Shown: positions 17,847-26,846 of the stretch, piece by piece
Layout: the number at the start of each line of letters is the position of its first letter
Position numbering within the stretch: position 1 is the first letter of the stretch
Assembly: GCA_001783695.1 (NCBI GenBank)
Contig: MFNE01000001.1
Location: forward strand, 70-54,579
Reading direction: 5' to 3'
Source of the DNA: Candidatus Lambdaproteobacteria bacterium RIFOXYD2_FULL_50_16
GTDB lineage: Bacteria > SAR324 > XYD2-FULL-50-16
DNA length: 54,510 bases
The notes under the pieces: model-generated
The model's input: only the letters and a program-made list of their open reading frames with translations
Told to the model about the DNA's origin: nothing
Databases searched by the model: none
Translations under genes and position numbers: made by a program

Positions 17847-19158
17847 ACGGCATATTGTACGCTGTCCGATCCATGGCAGCATGGAATTTTCTGCGCGTGA
17901 AATGGCGCTGATTGACTCCCCCTTTTTCCAGAGGCTCCGCCAGATAACCCAGTTGGGTTTTGCTGGCCTCGTTTTCCCAGGAGCGACCCACACCCGTTTT
18001 GCCCATTCTTTAGGCACAGCCCACTTGGCTGGACGAGTTTTCGACCAGCTTTGCAAGGGCAACAATTATGATCTAAGGGCTGATTATAACCTAGAACAGC
18101 TAAATTACGCTCGGAGTTTACTGCGTTTTGCCGCCCTGCTTCACGATGTAGGACACCCTCCCTTTTCCCACGCCGCCGAGGCCGTTCTGCCAAGGTTAGG
18201 TCAGTTGCCAATGCCCGATTTTTTACTTGATGACCCAAATCGGCAAGCAACCCATGAAGACTACTCCCATGCTATTATACATCATCTCGCAGAATCCCGA
18301 GGCTTGATCAGCAGAGAGGAAGCCAGCGATTTGGTGTCGATTTTATCGAAAAAACACGAGCCCTCTGACCAACTCAAAGCCAAAGACGGACGACATTTAA
18401 TTTATCCCCTTTTATGCCAGCTAATTAACGGGGAGATTGATGTGGACCGTATGGATTATCTGTTGCGCGATGCCTACAACGCAGGGGTGCCTTACGGTAA
18501 ATTCGACTTGGACCGTTTGATCGGCGCTATGGCGGTTTACAAAGAGGACCAAGCAGGTTGGTTTCTTTTGAGCCTTAAGGAAGAAGATGTGCCCACCTAC
18601 GAAAATTTTCTGCTTTCTCGGATCCATATGTTCCAGCAGATCTATTTTCACAAAACCTTGGGGGCCTTTAGTCACTATCTAACCCGCGCCTTTGTGGACA
18701 AAGAATTAGAGATAGAGGTCGATGGCAGTTTAGAGCAATTTTTGGGTTTTACTGAATCCCGATTGCGCCAAGCCCTTGCCCAGGTCAGCCATAAAAAGTG
18801 GTCTAGCCGGATTTTGGGGCGGGTAAAAGCCAAGAATATTTTGCGTGTGGTCGGAGAAGACACCGCAGATCTCGCCCGCTTGGTAATGGTTGAAGAAATC
18901 ATAAACCGCGCTGGAATCGAATCCTTTGTGGTCCGGTCTTCGAATCAATATTCTAGCCAGATCGAGGGACAGGTGAACCAAGGCACGGTTATGGTAATCC
19001 AGTCCGAGTTTGGTAAAACCAGAGCCCTGCCCTTGGCAAGCCGTTCAGATTTGTTGGATACTAGAGAAAAACGTATTTTAATCACCCAACTCTACGTGCA
19101 CCGGGAAGACGCTGCCCGCGCAATCGAGGAGATTAACCTTAAACTTGCCGATGGTTAG
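17827..19158 (+). CDS. HD-domain phosphohydrolase (SAMHD1/YwfO-like putative dNTP triphosphohydrolase)
   Basis: FQRLR.I.QLG, HTRFAHSLG, LLHDVGHPPFSH, DVDRMDYLLRD, R..M..QIYFHK. Confidence 0.9.
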   Translation: MRLFVDKRHIVRCPIHGSMEFSAREMALIDSPFFQRLRQITQLGFAGLVFPGATHTRFAHSLGTAHLAGRVFDQLCKGNNYDLRADYNLEQLNYARSLLRFAALLHDVGHPPFSHAAEAVLPRLGQLPMPDFLLDDPNRQATHEDYSHAIIHHLAESRGLISREEASDLVSILSKKHEPSDQLKAKDGRHLIYPLLCQLINGEIDVDRMDYLLRDAYNAGVPYGKFDLDRLIGAMAVYKEDQAGWFLLSLKEEDVPTYENFLLSRIHMFQQIYFHKTLGAFSHYLTRAFVDKELEIEVDGSLEQFLGFTESRLRQALAQVSHKKWSSRILGRVKAKNILRVVGEDTADLARLVMVEEIINRAGIESFVVRSSNQYSSQIEGQVNQGTVMVIQSEFGKTRALPLASRSDLLDTREKRILITQLYVHREDAARAIEEINLKLADG

Positions 19159-20182
19159 CCTAAGCCTCCGCCGCCCAGACGATTTTCACTTACACCTGCG
19201 CGACCTCACCGCGCTGGCAACCACCGTGCCCCACGCTGCCCGCCAATGCGCCCGTGCTTTGGTTATGCCAAACCTGCCCGAACCCATACGCAGCGTCGCC
19301 GAGGCCCGTGAATATCGGGAACGTATTCTGGCCGCCTTGCCACCGGTGCTTACCTTTGAACCTTTGATGACCCTTTATTTAACCGGAGAAACCCCCAAAG
19401 ATTCGGTCGCCGCCGCCCAAGCCAGCGGGTTTGTTAAGGCCTTCAAGCTTTATCCGCAAGGGGCTACCACCAATTCCGCTTATGGTCTTCCTAAGATTGA
19501 AGCAGGCTATAAGGTTTTTGAAGAAATGGAAAAAAGGGGAATGATCCTTTGTATCCATGGTGAAGTTACCAATCCCGAGGTGGATATTTTTGACCGAGAA
19601 AAGGTGTTTATCGAAACCCGTTTAGCCCCGCTAAGGGACCGGTTTCCTGGCCTTAAAATAGTGTTAGAACACCTAACCACCAAGGAGGGGGTCGAGTTTA
19701 TCAAGGCCTCTGGACCTAATCTGGCGGCTAGCCTAACCGCCCACCATCTCTGGCTTAACCGCAATGATCTATTAGTGGGCGGGATTCGCCCGCATCACTA
19801 CTGTCTTCCCGTAGCAAAAAGGGAGGAACACCGAAGGGCCTTGGTCGAAGCGGCCATTTCGGGCAACCCCAAGTTTTTTATGGGTTCTGATTCAGCGCCT
19901 CATCCCAAGTTGGCGAAAGAGGCTGCTTGTGGATGCGCCGGGGTCTATACAGGTCGGGACTTGATGGCCTTTTATGCTACTGCGTTCGAAAAGGTAAACG
20001 CATTGGACCGGCTTGAGGATTTTTGCTCTAGCTTTGGGGCCCAATTTTATGGACTTGCACCCAATGATGGCCAAATCACCTTGGTGAAGAAATCCCACCA
20101 AGTACCCACCCAACTACCCTATGCCCAAGGCCAACTGATCCCCTTCTGCGCGGGAGATAGTTTAAACTGGCAGCTTCAATAA
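19151..20182 (+). CDS. pyrC: Dihydroorotase, homodimeric (E. coli-type)
   Basis: DDFHLHLRD, MPNL, KLYP.GATTNS, HGEV, LEH.TT, G.DSAPH. Confidence 0.96.
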   Translation: MVSLSLRRPDDFHLHLRDLTALATTVPHAARQCARALVMPNLPEPIRSVAEAREYRERILAALPPVLTFEPLMTLYLTGETPKDSVAAAQASGFVKAFKLYPQGATTNSAYGLPKIEAGYKVFEEMEKRGMILCIHGEVTNPEVDIFDREKVFIETRLAPLRDRFPGLKIVLEHLTTKEGVEFIKASGPNLAASLTAHHLWLNRNDLLVGGIRPHHYCLPVAKREEHRRALVEAAISGNPKFFMGSDSAPHPKLAKEAACGCAGVYTGRDLMAFYATAFEKVNALDRLEDFCSSFGAQFYGLAPNDGQITLVKKSHQVPTQLPYAQGQLIPFCAGDSLNWQLQ

Positions 20183-20195
20183 AATTTATTTTTGC

Positions 20196-20225
20196 TTGCG
20201 ACTTAAACAAGGTTTGGTTTAAACT
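20196..20225 (+). promoter_or_regulatory. Possible sigma70 promoter of the 76-aa ORF
   Basis: TTGCGA-N18-TAAACT. Confidence 0.4.
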
Positions 20226-20258
20226 TGGATTGTACCTGACCGCCAACCAAGAGGGGCG

Positions 20259-20489
20259 ATGAACAACGACGCTTTTTGGGTTGAAGAATTTTATCGGGCC
20301 TCTGCGGGCTTATTAATGGGTCTAGCCGGTCCCGAACCAAGCTTAGAGGAGCAGTTGGACCTTCTCCTTGAGCAGTGCGAGGTCACCTCCGGCCCCATCT
20401 TTAGTCTTGCCAACCCCAAGGCGGTATATACGCTCGAAGGGTTTGGCATGCCGTTTAAGCAGCTAAAATACGACGGCTTTCCTCACTAG
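20259..20489 (+). CDS. Small acidic hypothetical protein (76 aa)
   Basis: ATG with GAGGGG SD; fills the gap between pyrC and the SDR; stop abuts the convergent SDR stop. Confidence 0.55.
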   Translation: MNNDAFWVEEFYRASAGLLMGLAGPEPSLEEQLDLLLEQCEVTSGPIFSLANPKAVYTLEGFGMPFKQLKYDGFPH

Positions 20490-21224
20490 CTAGAGGGCGT
20501 AGCCGCCGGAGATTACAAAGTTATTACCCGTTTGATAGGTGGAATCTGCTCGAAAAATCAGATCAAATACAGGCCAAAGGTCGGAGTATTCGCCAAAGCG
20601 GCCTTGGGGAATGTAATCTTCAGGGCTTTCGGATTCCATAACAATACTGTTGGCCAAGGTCCCTGGACTGATCACGTTAACACTAATTCCGTCCGGCCCC
20701 CATTGTTTGGCCATACTTTTAGTCAAACTAATCACACCCATTTTAGCCACATGATAGGCCCAAGCTTTGGCGGAGGTCACCCGGTCACCCATGGCGTAGC
20801 CAAAGTTTACAATCCTCGGTGACGCTGACCCCTTTAAAAATGGGTGCGCCGCTTTGCACATTAAAAAAACCGAATCCAAGTTGTTGGTTAGGTTTTTTTT
20901 ATAGTCTTCATAGCTGGTCTCCAAGATCGGCTGCTCATGGTAATCCCCGACCACATTAACCAAACCGTCGAGCCCCGTTTTTCGAGCTTTGATTTGAGCA
21001 AAAAGCTGGGCTACTGATTCTGGGTCGGTCACGTCTCCTTGCAGGGGGATCGCTCGCTCTGTGCCAAATTCCTTCGCCAGCGCCAGGGCTCCTTGATCAT
21101 TGGTGTAATAGTTAAGATAAACCCTGGCTCCATTGGCCAAAAAATATCGGGCAATGGCTCCCCCGGTGCGGGTTGCCGAAGCAGATTGGAGGATGGTTCT
21201 TCCTTCGTAGGGATTCGGTCTCAT
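20490..21224 (-). CDS. Short-chain dehydrogenase/reductase; start probably ATG 21224
   Basis: GDVT, LVNVVG, YHVAK (YxxxK), VNVISPG, TG....ISGG; atypical Gly-rich loop QSASATRTG. Confidence 0.88.
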   Translation of the reverse strand: MRPNPYEGRTILQSASATRTGGAIARYFLANGARVYLNYYTNDQGALALAKEFGTERAIPLQGDVTDPESVAQLFAQIKARKTGLDGLVNVVGDYHEQPILETSYEDYKKNLTNNLDSVFLMCKAAHPFLKGSASPRIVNFGYAMGDRVTSAKAWAYHVAKMGVISLTKSMAKQWGPDGISVNVISPGTLANSIVMESESPEDYIPQGRFGEYSDLWPVFDLIFRADSTYQTGNNFVISGGYAL

Positions 21225-21412
21225 TTTTGTAATTTTTGGTTTAGGTTTTTTATAGCCTAACCAACTTCTATACACCTTGACCAGCTTGGGTCAAATAGGG
21301 AAGGCAATTGGGTTTTGGCTATTTATTTGATAATATTAAATTAAATAATACAATTTTGCAGTTGCTTTGCTCGTAGTTTGTGCCAAAATGGGGTTTTCCT
21401 AAAGGAACGCAT

Positions 21413-22846
21413 ATGTGTGGTGTATTTGGCTTTACCGGCCACCCAGAAGCAAAACAAATCCTCCCCACTATCCTTGCCAGTTTGCAGCATCGGGGCCACG
21501 ACGCCACCGGTGTTGCCGGGTTGATTGGGGAAGGACCGGATTGTATTGATACGGTCAAGGAAATAGGGCGGGCAAGCCGGGTGATTGACCCTGATAAACT
21601 GAAGAAGTTTATTGGCAACCGCTTTATTGCCCACACCCGTTATTCGACTCGCAATAGCTCCAAGTCCCCCAGAGAGATTCACCCCCACTGGGCCCAGTCG
21701 ATGCAGGGGCGGATGGTCATTGTCACCAACGGGGACCTGATCAACGTTGATGAACTTGCCCAATATCTGGCCGAACGGAAGGTAAAGGTTTACGCTAAAA
21801 ACGACGCTGAAATCTTGGCTTCTTTGATTAATGTCCAGATTCGGCTGGCGGGCAAAAACATGATTGAAGCCATTGCAGAGGTTATGACCTTGGTCAAGGG
21901 TGGCTATGCAGCCATGGTGATGACTGAAGATGACCCGAATATTTACGCCTTTAGGGACCCCCAAGGGATTCGCCCCTTGCATTTCGCCGAATTTAAATTA
22001 AACGGCCATGTCTGCCGGGCGATATCTTCGGAAACCTGCTCGTTCGATCTGATCCAGCGATTTGATTTAGTTCGCTATCCCGAATCGACTGGCGACTATT
22101 TCCACCGCGAGGTGGGCCCTGGCGAAATCCTATGTTTTAACGACGTGGGGCCAGTTACCAATACCTTTTTTGCAGACCGTGAAGCCGACAAGATTGGCTG
22201 CGTTTTTGAGTCGATCTATTTTTCCCGTCCAGATAGTTTACAGCGGGGTGAATCTTTCCAGAAGATTCGCGAGCGAATGGGTGCTGAATTATACAAAGAG
22301 TTTAAGGTCGAGGCCGATATAGTAACCGCCGTGCCCAAAGGGGGTATCCCTTCGGCGATTGGTTATTCAAAAGCCTCCGGCATGCCTTATTCCATCGCTA
22401 TTTTAGAAGAGCCCTCGACTGGCGGACTGCGAAGTTTTACAACCAACGCCGTGGACCGGATCGCCTTGGCTAAGATGAAGTACTCGATCTTAAGAGACGT
22501 GGTGAAGGACAAACGGGTGGTGGTGGTTGACGATTCGATTGTGCGGGGGACTACCGCTAAGTTATTGGTTCGCTCCCTTTATGAGTCGGGAGCCAAAGAA
22601 GTGCATTTGCGGATCCCCTGCCCCCCTTACAACCATTCCTGCCATTATGGCATCGAAACCAAAGACCCTTCGACCTTAATCAGTTTTGGTAAAACTAACG
22701 AGCAGATATGCCAAGTCCTTGGGGCTGATTCGCTTGCCTATCTGTCCATCGAGGGGCTTTACCGCGCGCTAGGGGCTGATCGTTCCTTGTTTTGCGAGGA
22801 ATGCCTCTCAGGTCGTTCCCCGTTTAAAGAAAACATCCACCGCTGA
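21413..22846 (+). CDS. purF: Amidophosphoribosyltransferase (4Fe-4S type), divergent
   Basis: N-terminal MCG nucleophile, LQHRG, RYST, RDP.GIRPL, CVFE.IYF.RPDS, VDDSIVRGTT, CHYGI, CEEC; AAGGA SD. Confidence 0.88.
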   Translation: MCGVFGFTGHPEAKQILPTILASLQHRGHDATGVAGLIGEGPDCIDTVKEIGRASRVIDPDKLKKFIGNRFIAHTRYSTRNSSKSPREIHPHWAQSMQGRMVIVTNGDLINVDELAQYLAERKVKVYAKNDAEILASLINVQIRLAGKNMIEAIAEVMTLVKGGYAAMVMTEDDPNIYAFRDPQGIRPLHFAEFKLNGHVCRAISSETCSFDLIQRFDLVRYPESTGDYFHREVGPGEILCFNDVGPVTNTFFADREADKIGCVFESIYFSRPDSLQRGESFQKIRERMGAELYKEFKVEADIVTAVPKGGIPSAIGYSKASGMPYSIAILEEPSTGGLRSFTTNAVDRIALAKMKYSILRDVVKDKRVVVVDDSIVRGTTAKLLVRSLYESGAKEVHLRIPCPPYNHSCHYGIETKDPSTLISFGKTNEQICQVLGADSLAYLSIEGLYRALGADRSLFCEECLSGRSPFKENIHR

Positions 22847-22921
22847 TTATTTTTGGAAGTTAGAATATTCTAATAATCAGAAATATCAGCACTGCTAAAA
22901 AAGTTAACAAAAAGACTGCAC

Positions 22922-22947
22922 AAGAGTTTGCCAAACTCTTTTTTTTT
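22922..22947 (+). terminator. Terminator-like hairpin between purF and nuoA
   Basis: aagagttt-gcc-aaactctt followed by a T-run; the stem is AT-rich and weak. Confidence 0.5.
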
Positions 22948-23029
22948 GGGTAGCGTTGGCTCGAATTACGCCTTGTGGGTTACCCGGAAATCCAGACCGG
23001 ACGGCCTTAGGCCCATACCAGACCTGATT

Positions 23030-23437
23030 ATGCTGTTTAACTTCGGGGTGGCTTTAACCTTCTTGATCGTGATGGCGGGCTTCGTCGCTGGCAACCTGCT
23101 TGTGCAGTTGCTCCTTAGCCCACATAACAACTACGATGCCAAGAAGATGCCTTATGACTGCGGCGAAGAGCCGGTGGGCTCTGGCTACCGACAGTATAAC
23201 TTACGGTTTTACTTGGTCGCATTGGTTTTTGTGATCTTCGATGTGGAAATCGCGTTTATGTATCCAGTCACTGCTGTCTTTAAAGACCTAACCCAAGATG
23301 GTTGGGGACTGATGGCTTTTGTAGAAATCGCGATTTTTGTATTGATTCTGACGGTTGCCTTTGTTTACACCTGGAGCGAAGGGGGTCTGGATTGGATTCG
23401 TGAGCAGGTAAAACGGCCCACGTCGCCTAGGGAATAA
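23030..23437 (+). CDS. nuoA: Complex I subunit A; start ATG 23030
   Basis: [32 protein letters not shown]. Confidence 0.95.
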   Translation: MLFNFGVALTFLIVMAGFVAGNLLVQLLLSPHNNYDAKKMPYDCGEEPVGSGYRQYNLRFYLVALVFVIFDVEIAFMYPVTAVFKDLTQDGWGLMAFVEIAIFVLILTVAFVYTWSEGGLDWIREQVKRPTSPRE

Positions 23438-23441
23438 GAAG

Positions 23442-23930
23442 ATGAACAACCTCTTACACAGTTTCGAGTCAGACGGCATTGTCTTGACTACTCTTGATCA
23501 AGCGCTCAATTGGACCAGGGCCAATTCTCTGTTTTACATGTTGTTTGGCTTGGCTTGCTGCGGGATTGAAATGATGCAAACCGGTGGCCCTCGTGGCGAC
23601 CTGGACCGCTTCGGTTCGGTCCCCCGTGCTTCACCCAGACAGTCAGACTTAATGATTGTTGCCGGAACGGTAACCCTTAAGATGGCCAGCCGGGTTAAAC
23701 GCCTTTACGACCAAATGGCCGAGCCTCGATATGTGATTTCGATGGGCAGTTGCTCGAACACGGGTGGACTGTTTCAGTCGGGTTATTCAGTCTTGCATGG
23801 TGTGGACCGGGTAATTCCGGTAGATGTTTATCTGCCCGGTTGCCCTCCAAGGCCCGAGGCGCTCACCTCTGCGTTGATCGAGATCCAAAAAAAGATCAAA
23901 GCCGAGCGTTACCTGCGCAAACAGAAGTGA
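23442..23930 (+). CDS. nuoB: Complex I subunit B (N2 cluster)
   Basis: [34 protein letters not shown]. Confidence 0.97.
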   Translation: MNNLLHSFESDGIVLTTLDQALNWTRANSLFYMLFGLACCGIEMMQTGGPRGDLDRFGSVPRASPRQSDLMIVAGTVTLKMASRVKRLYDQMAEPRYVISMGSCSNTGGLFQSGYSVLHGVDRVIPVDVYLPGCPPRPEALTSALIEIQKKIKAERYLRKQK

Positions 23931-23934
23931 ACCT

Positions 23935-24462
23935 ATGAGCTTAGATACAAACGCAATCTTAGAGCGACTTAAAGCCCAAGCCCCGGCACTGCGGCTTGAG
24001 CTGCAAAGCGGGGCGGGCGACCTAGCCATTAAGGCAGAGCCCCATGACTTGGCCGAGCTAATGAAGCTTTGCAAAAGCGACCCAGAGCTTAAATTTGAAT
24101 GTTTGGCCAGCCAAACCGCTAGCCATTATCCAAAGACCGAAACTACTGGGGAACATTTTAAACTTTATTATCACCTCTTAAGCCACAGTCTAAAACACCA
24201 ATTAGTGGTGGTTATAGAGGCTTTGGGCTCTGCACCAGAGGTGGATTCGGTGGTTAGTGTTTGGAACGCAGCTAACTGGCTAGAACGAGAGACCTGGGAC
24301 CTTTTAGGGGTTAGCTTTAAAGGGCATCCCGACCTAAGGCGGATTATGAATCCCGAAGATTGGGAAGGGCACCCACTACGCAAAGATTACGTGATTCCGA
24401 CCCAGTATCAAGACATCGACAACAAACCTTCGGAGATCGCCGAAAGTTTCAAGTTGAGTTAA
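23935..24462 (+). CDS. nuoC: Complex I subunit C
   Basis: ANWLERETWDLLG..F.GHPDLRRI..P.DW.GHPLRKDY. Confidence 0.96.
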   Translation: MSLDTNAILERLKAQAPALRLELQSGAGDLAIKAEPHDLAELMKLCKSDPELKFECLASQTASHYPKTETTGEHFKLYYHLLSHSLKHQLVVVIEALGSAPEVDSVVSVWNAANWLERETWDLLGVSFKGHPDLRRIMNPEDWEGHPLRKDYVIPTQYQDIDNKPSEIAESFKLS

Positions 24463-24473
24463 GGATTAAAGGC

Positions 24474-25592
24474 ATGGGCAAGCTCAGAACAGAATTGATG
24501 ACCATCAACATGGGTCCCCAACACCCTTCGACCCATGGGGTAATCCGGTTTATCATCGATACCGATGGCGAGGTTATTCACCGCTGCGAGCCAGATGTGG
24601 GTTATCTGCACCGCTCTATCGAAAAAATTACTGAACATTTGAGCTGGCAGGGGATTGTTCCCTTTACTGATCGGGTAGATTACCTTTGCGCAATGAACTC
24701 CAACTGGGCCTATGTGATGGCCGTGGAAAAGATGATCGCAGTGGAGGTGCCGCGGCGCGCTGAATTTATTCGGGTAATGGTAGGTGAGCTCAACCGGATA
24801 TCGAGCCACATGATCGCTATCGGCACCACGGATATGGACATGGGAGCCTTCACCCCCTTTATCCAACTCTTGCGCGAACGCGAATATATTAACGACCTCC
24901 TTGAGATGGTAAGCGGGGCGCGGTTAACCTATAATTACCTCTCCATCGGCGGGGTTAATTACGACATTCCTCGCAACTGGCTTTTTAAAGTAGAAGAGTT
25001 TTTGAATCATTTTGATCCCGCAATGGAACAAATGAACCGGCTATGTACCTATAACCGGATCTTTATCAATCGCATGGCTAATCTGGCGCCGATTTCTAAA
25101 GAGTTGGCTTTTGACTATAACCTCGTAGGTCCGAACCTTCGTGGTTCGGGGGTTAAATCGGATGTCCGCCGAGACCAGCCTTATTCGGTATATTCTGAAC
25201 TCGACTTTGAAATACCAGTCGGTGAGGGTTTTGGCGGGGAAGTGGGCGATTGTTACGACCGTTTTATGGTGCGGATCTTAGAGGTTCGTGAGTCGATCAA
25301 AATCCTTCGCCAATGCATCAAGATGATGCCCGAGGGCCCGATTCAAGCGAAGGTTAAAAACACCATTAAACCTCCAGAAGGCCACTTCTACTCACGCAGT
25401 GAAACCCCCAGAGGAGACACAGGCTATTTTATTGAGTCAAGCGGGGGAACCTCGCCTTACCGCTTAAAGATTAGGTCAGGAAGTTTTACTGGAATTTCGA
25501 TCACTCCCGCAATCTCCAAGGGTATCTTGATCGCCGACCTAGTGGCGGTGATTGGCTCCTTGGATATTGTTGCACCCGAATTGGACCGATAA
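24474..25592 (+). CDS. nuoD: Complex I subunit D; start ATG 24474
   Basis: NMGPQHPSTHG, GYLHR..EK, DRVDY, ELNRI.SH, E.PRG, C-terminal SLD.V..E.DR; no NiFe CxxC pairs. Confidence 0.97.
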   Translation: MGKLRTELMTINMGPQHPSTHGVIRFIIDTDGEVIHRCEPDVGYLHRSIEKITEHLSWQGIVPFTDRVDYLCAMNSNWAYVMAVEKMIAVEVPRRAEFIRVMVGELNRISSHMIAIGTTDMDMGAFTPFIQLLREREYINDLLEMVSGARLTYNYLSIGGVNYDIPRNWLFKVEEFLNHFDPAMEQMNRLCTYNRIFINRMANLAPISKELAFDYNLVGPNLRGSGVKSDVRRDQPYSVYSELDFEIPVGEGFGGEVGDCYDRFMVRILEVRESIKILRQCIKMMPEGPIQAKVKNTIKPPEGHFYSRSETPRGDTGYFIESSGGTSPYRLKIRSGSFTGISITPAISKGILIADLVAVIGSLDIVAPELDR

Positions 25593-25595
25593 GCC

Positions 25596-26846
25596 ATGAT
25601 CATCGAACTCCTGACTTCGGTAGGAATCCCCGAGCTGGCCGCCAAATTTATTTTTGCCGGAGCAGTTGGGTTTTTGGCCATAAACTTCATCGCCGTTTAT
25701 GCGGGTGTGGTTTCGGTAATCGAGCGCAAAGTGGCCGCCAAGATGCAGTCCCGAGTCGGACCCAACCGGGTTGGCCCTGGAGGTTGGCTTCAGTGGCTCG
25801 CTGATGGAATCAAGTTGATGTTAAAAGAGGATATCCACCCTCACGGAGCGGATCACTTCTTATTTAACATGGCTCCCTTTTTAATCGTTTGCGGTGTGGC
25901 CGGGGCCTTTGCGGTACTTCCTTGGGGACCAGCCCACGCCATTGCGGCTGACCTTAACGTCGGGATTCTTTATTTTATATCGATCACCTCCTTAGTGGTT
26001 GTCGGCATTTTAATGGCCGGTTGGTCTTCAAACAACAAATGGGCCTTGATCGGCGGGATGCGAGCCGCAGCCCAGATCGTTTCCTACGAGATTCCGGTAG
26101 CCATGGGATTGCTACCGGCAATTATGATTGTAGGCAGCCTGCAAGTATCGGCATTGACTGAGTCCCAAGGCTTTATGCCCTGGGACTGGACCGCTTTTGA
26201 CAACCCCTTTGCGCTGCTCGGGTTTTTAGTCTTTTTGACTGGCTCTGTAGCCGAATCCAACCGCGCTCCCTTTGATTTACCAGAAGCCGAATCTGAGTTG
26301 GTCGCTGGCTTTTTTACCGAATACTCGGGTTTCCGCTTTGCCTGCTTCACCCTAGGCGAGTTTGCGGCCACTTGGGCGATTGGGGCGATTACCACCGCCG
26401 TCTATTTAGGGGGTGGTCAATTGCCTCCTTCCATGGCCGGGATGATCCCCCTTTCGATTGGGCTTTTTGTCCTAAAAACCATGTCAGTGGTTTTCTTGCT
26501 AATGTGGTTCCGCTGGACCTTGCCCCGCTTCCGTATTGATCAGATGATGGATTTCAGTTGGAAATACCTACTACCGCTTTCGCTGGTGGCCTTTTTCGGG
26601 CAAGCGATTTACATCTTGATCTCGTGGGACAGCCCGGCGATGCAAACCATTGTTTCACACCTGTTGGCGCTGGCGGTGTTAGGGGTCATTTTCTTGTTTG
26701 CTGGAAGAGTAGCCTACAACATCAAGATTCAACTGATCCCGATCAACACGCTATCTACCGAGATTGGCCCCCTCGAACGCGCTGGCAAAATTGCCCCGCC
26801 GCCAGCAGTGGTCGAGGAAGTCGAAACGGCTGAGGAGGGCGCATGA
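25596..26846 (+). CDS. nuoH: Complex I subunit H with C-terminal extension
   Basis: ERK..A..Q.R.GPNRVG, ADGIKL..KE, AQ.VSYE, NR.PFDLPEAESELV.G..TEYSG, RWTLPRFR.DQ. Confidence 0.96.
   Translation: MIIELLTSVGIPELAAKFIFAGAVGFLAINFIAVYAGVVSVIERKVAAKMQSRVGPNRVGPGGWLQWLADGIKLMLKEDIHPHGADHFLFNMAPFLIVCGVAGAFAVLPWGPAHAIAADLNVGILYFISITSLVVVGILMAGWSSNNKWALIGGMRAAAQIVSYEIPVAMGLLPAIMIVGSLQVSALTESQGFMPWDWTAFDNPFALLGFLVFLTGSVAESNRAPFDLPEAESELVAGFFTEYSGFRFACFTLGEFAATWAIGAITTAVYLGGGQLPPSMAGMIPLSIGLFVLKTMSVVFLLMWFRWTLPRFRIDQMMDFSWKYLLPLSLVAFFGQAIYILISWDSPAMQTIVSHLLALAVLGVIFLFAGRVAYNIKIQLIPINTLSTEIGPLERAGKIAPPPAVVEEVETAEEGA

Noticed and set aside
17684-18250. 188-aa minus-strand ORF
   Set aside because: Antisense shadow of the RDD-like and HD genes, no motifs
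21369-21386. Sigma-54 promoter (TTGGCAC on the minus strand)
   Set aside because: The -12 position reads GA, not GC, at the obligatory GG-N10-GC spacing
21341-21982. 213-aa minus-strand ORF
   Set aside because: Antisense shadow of purF
23442-25592. Group 4 NiFe hydrogenase interpretation of nuoBCD
   Set aside because: The large subunit has no CxxC Ni-binding pairs, ends in ELDR, and NuoB has the tandem CC of complex I
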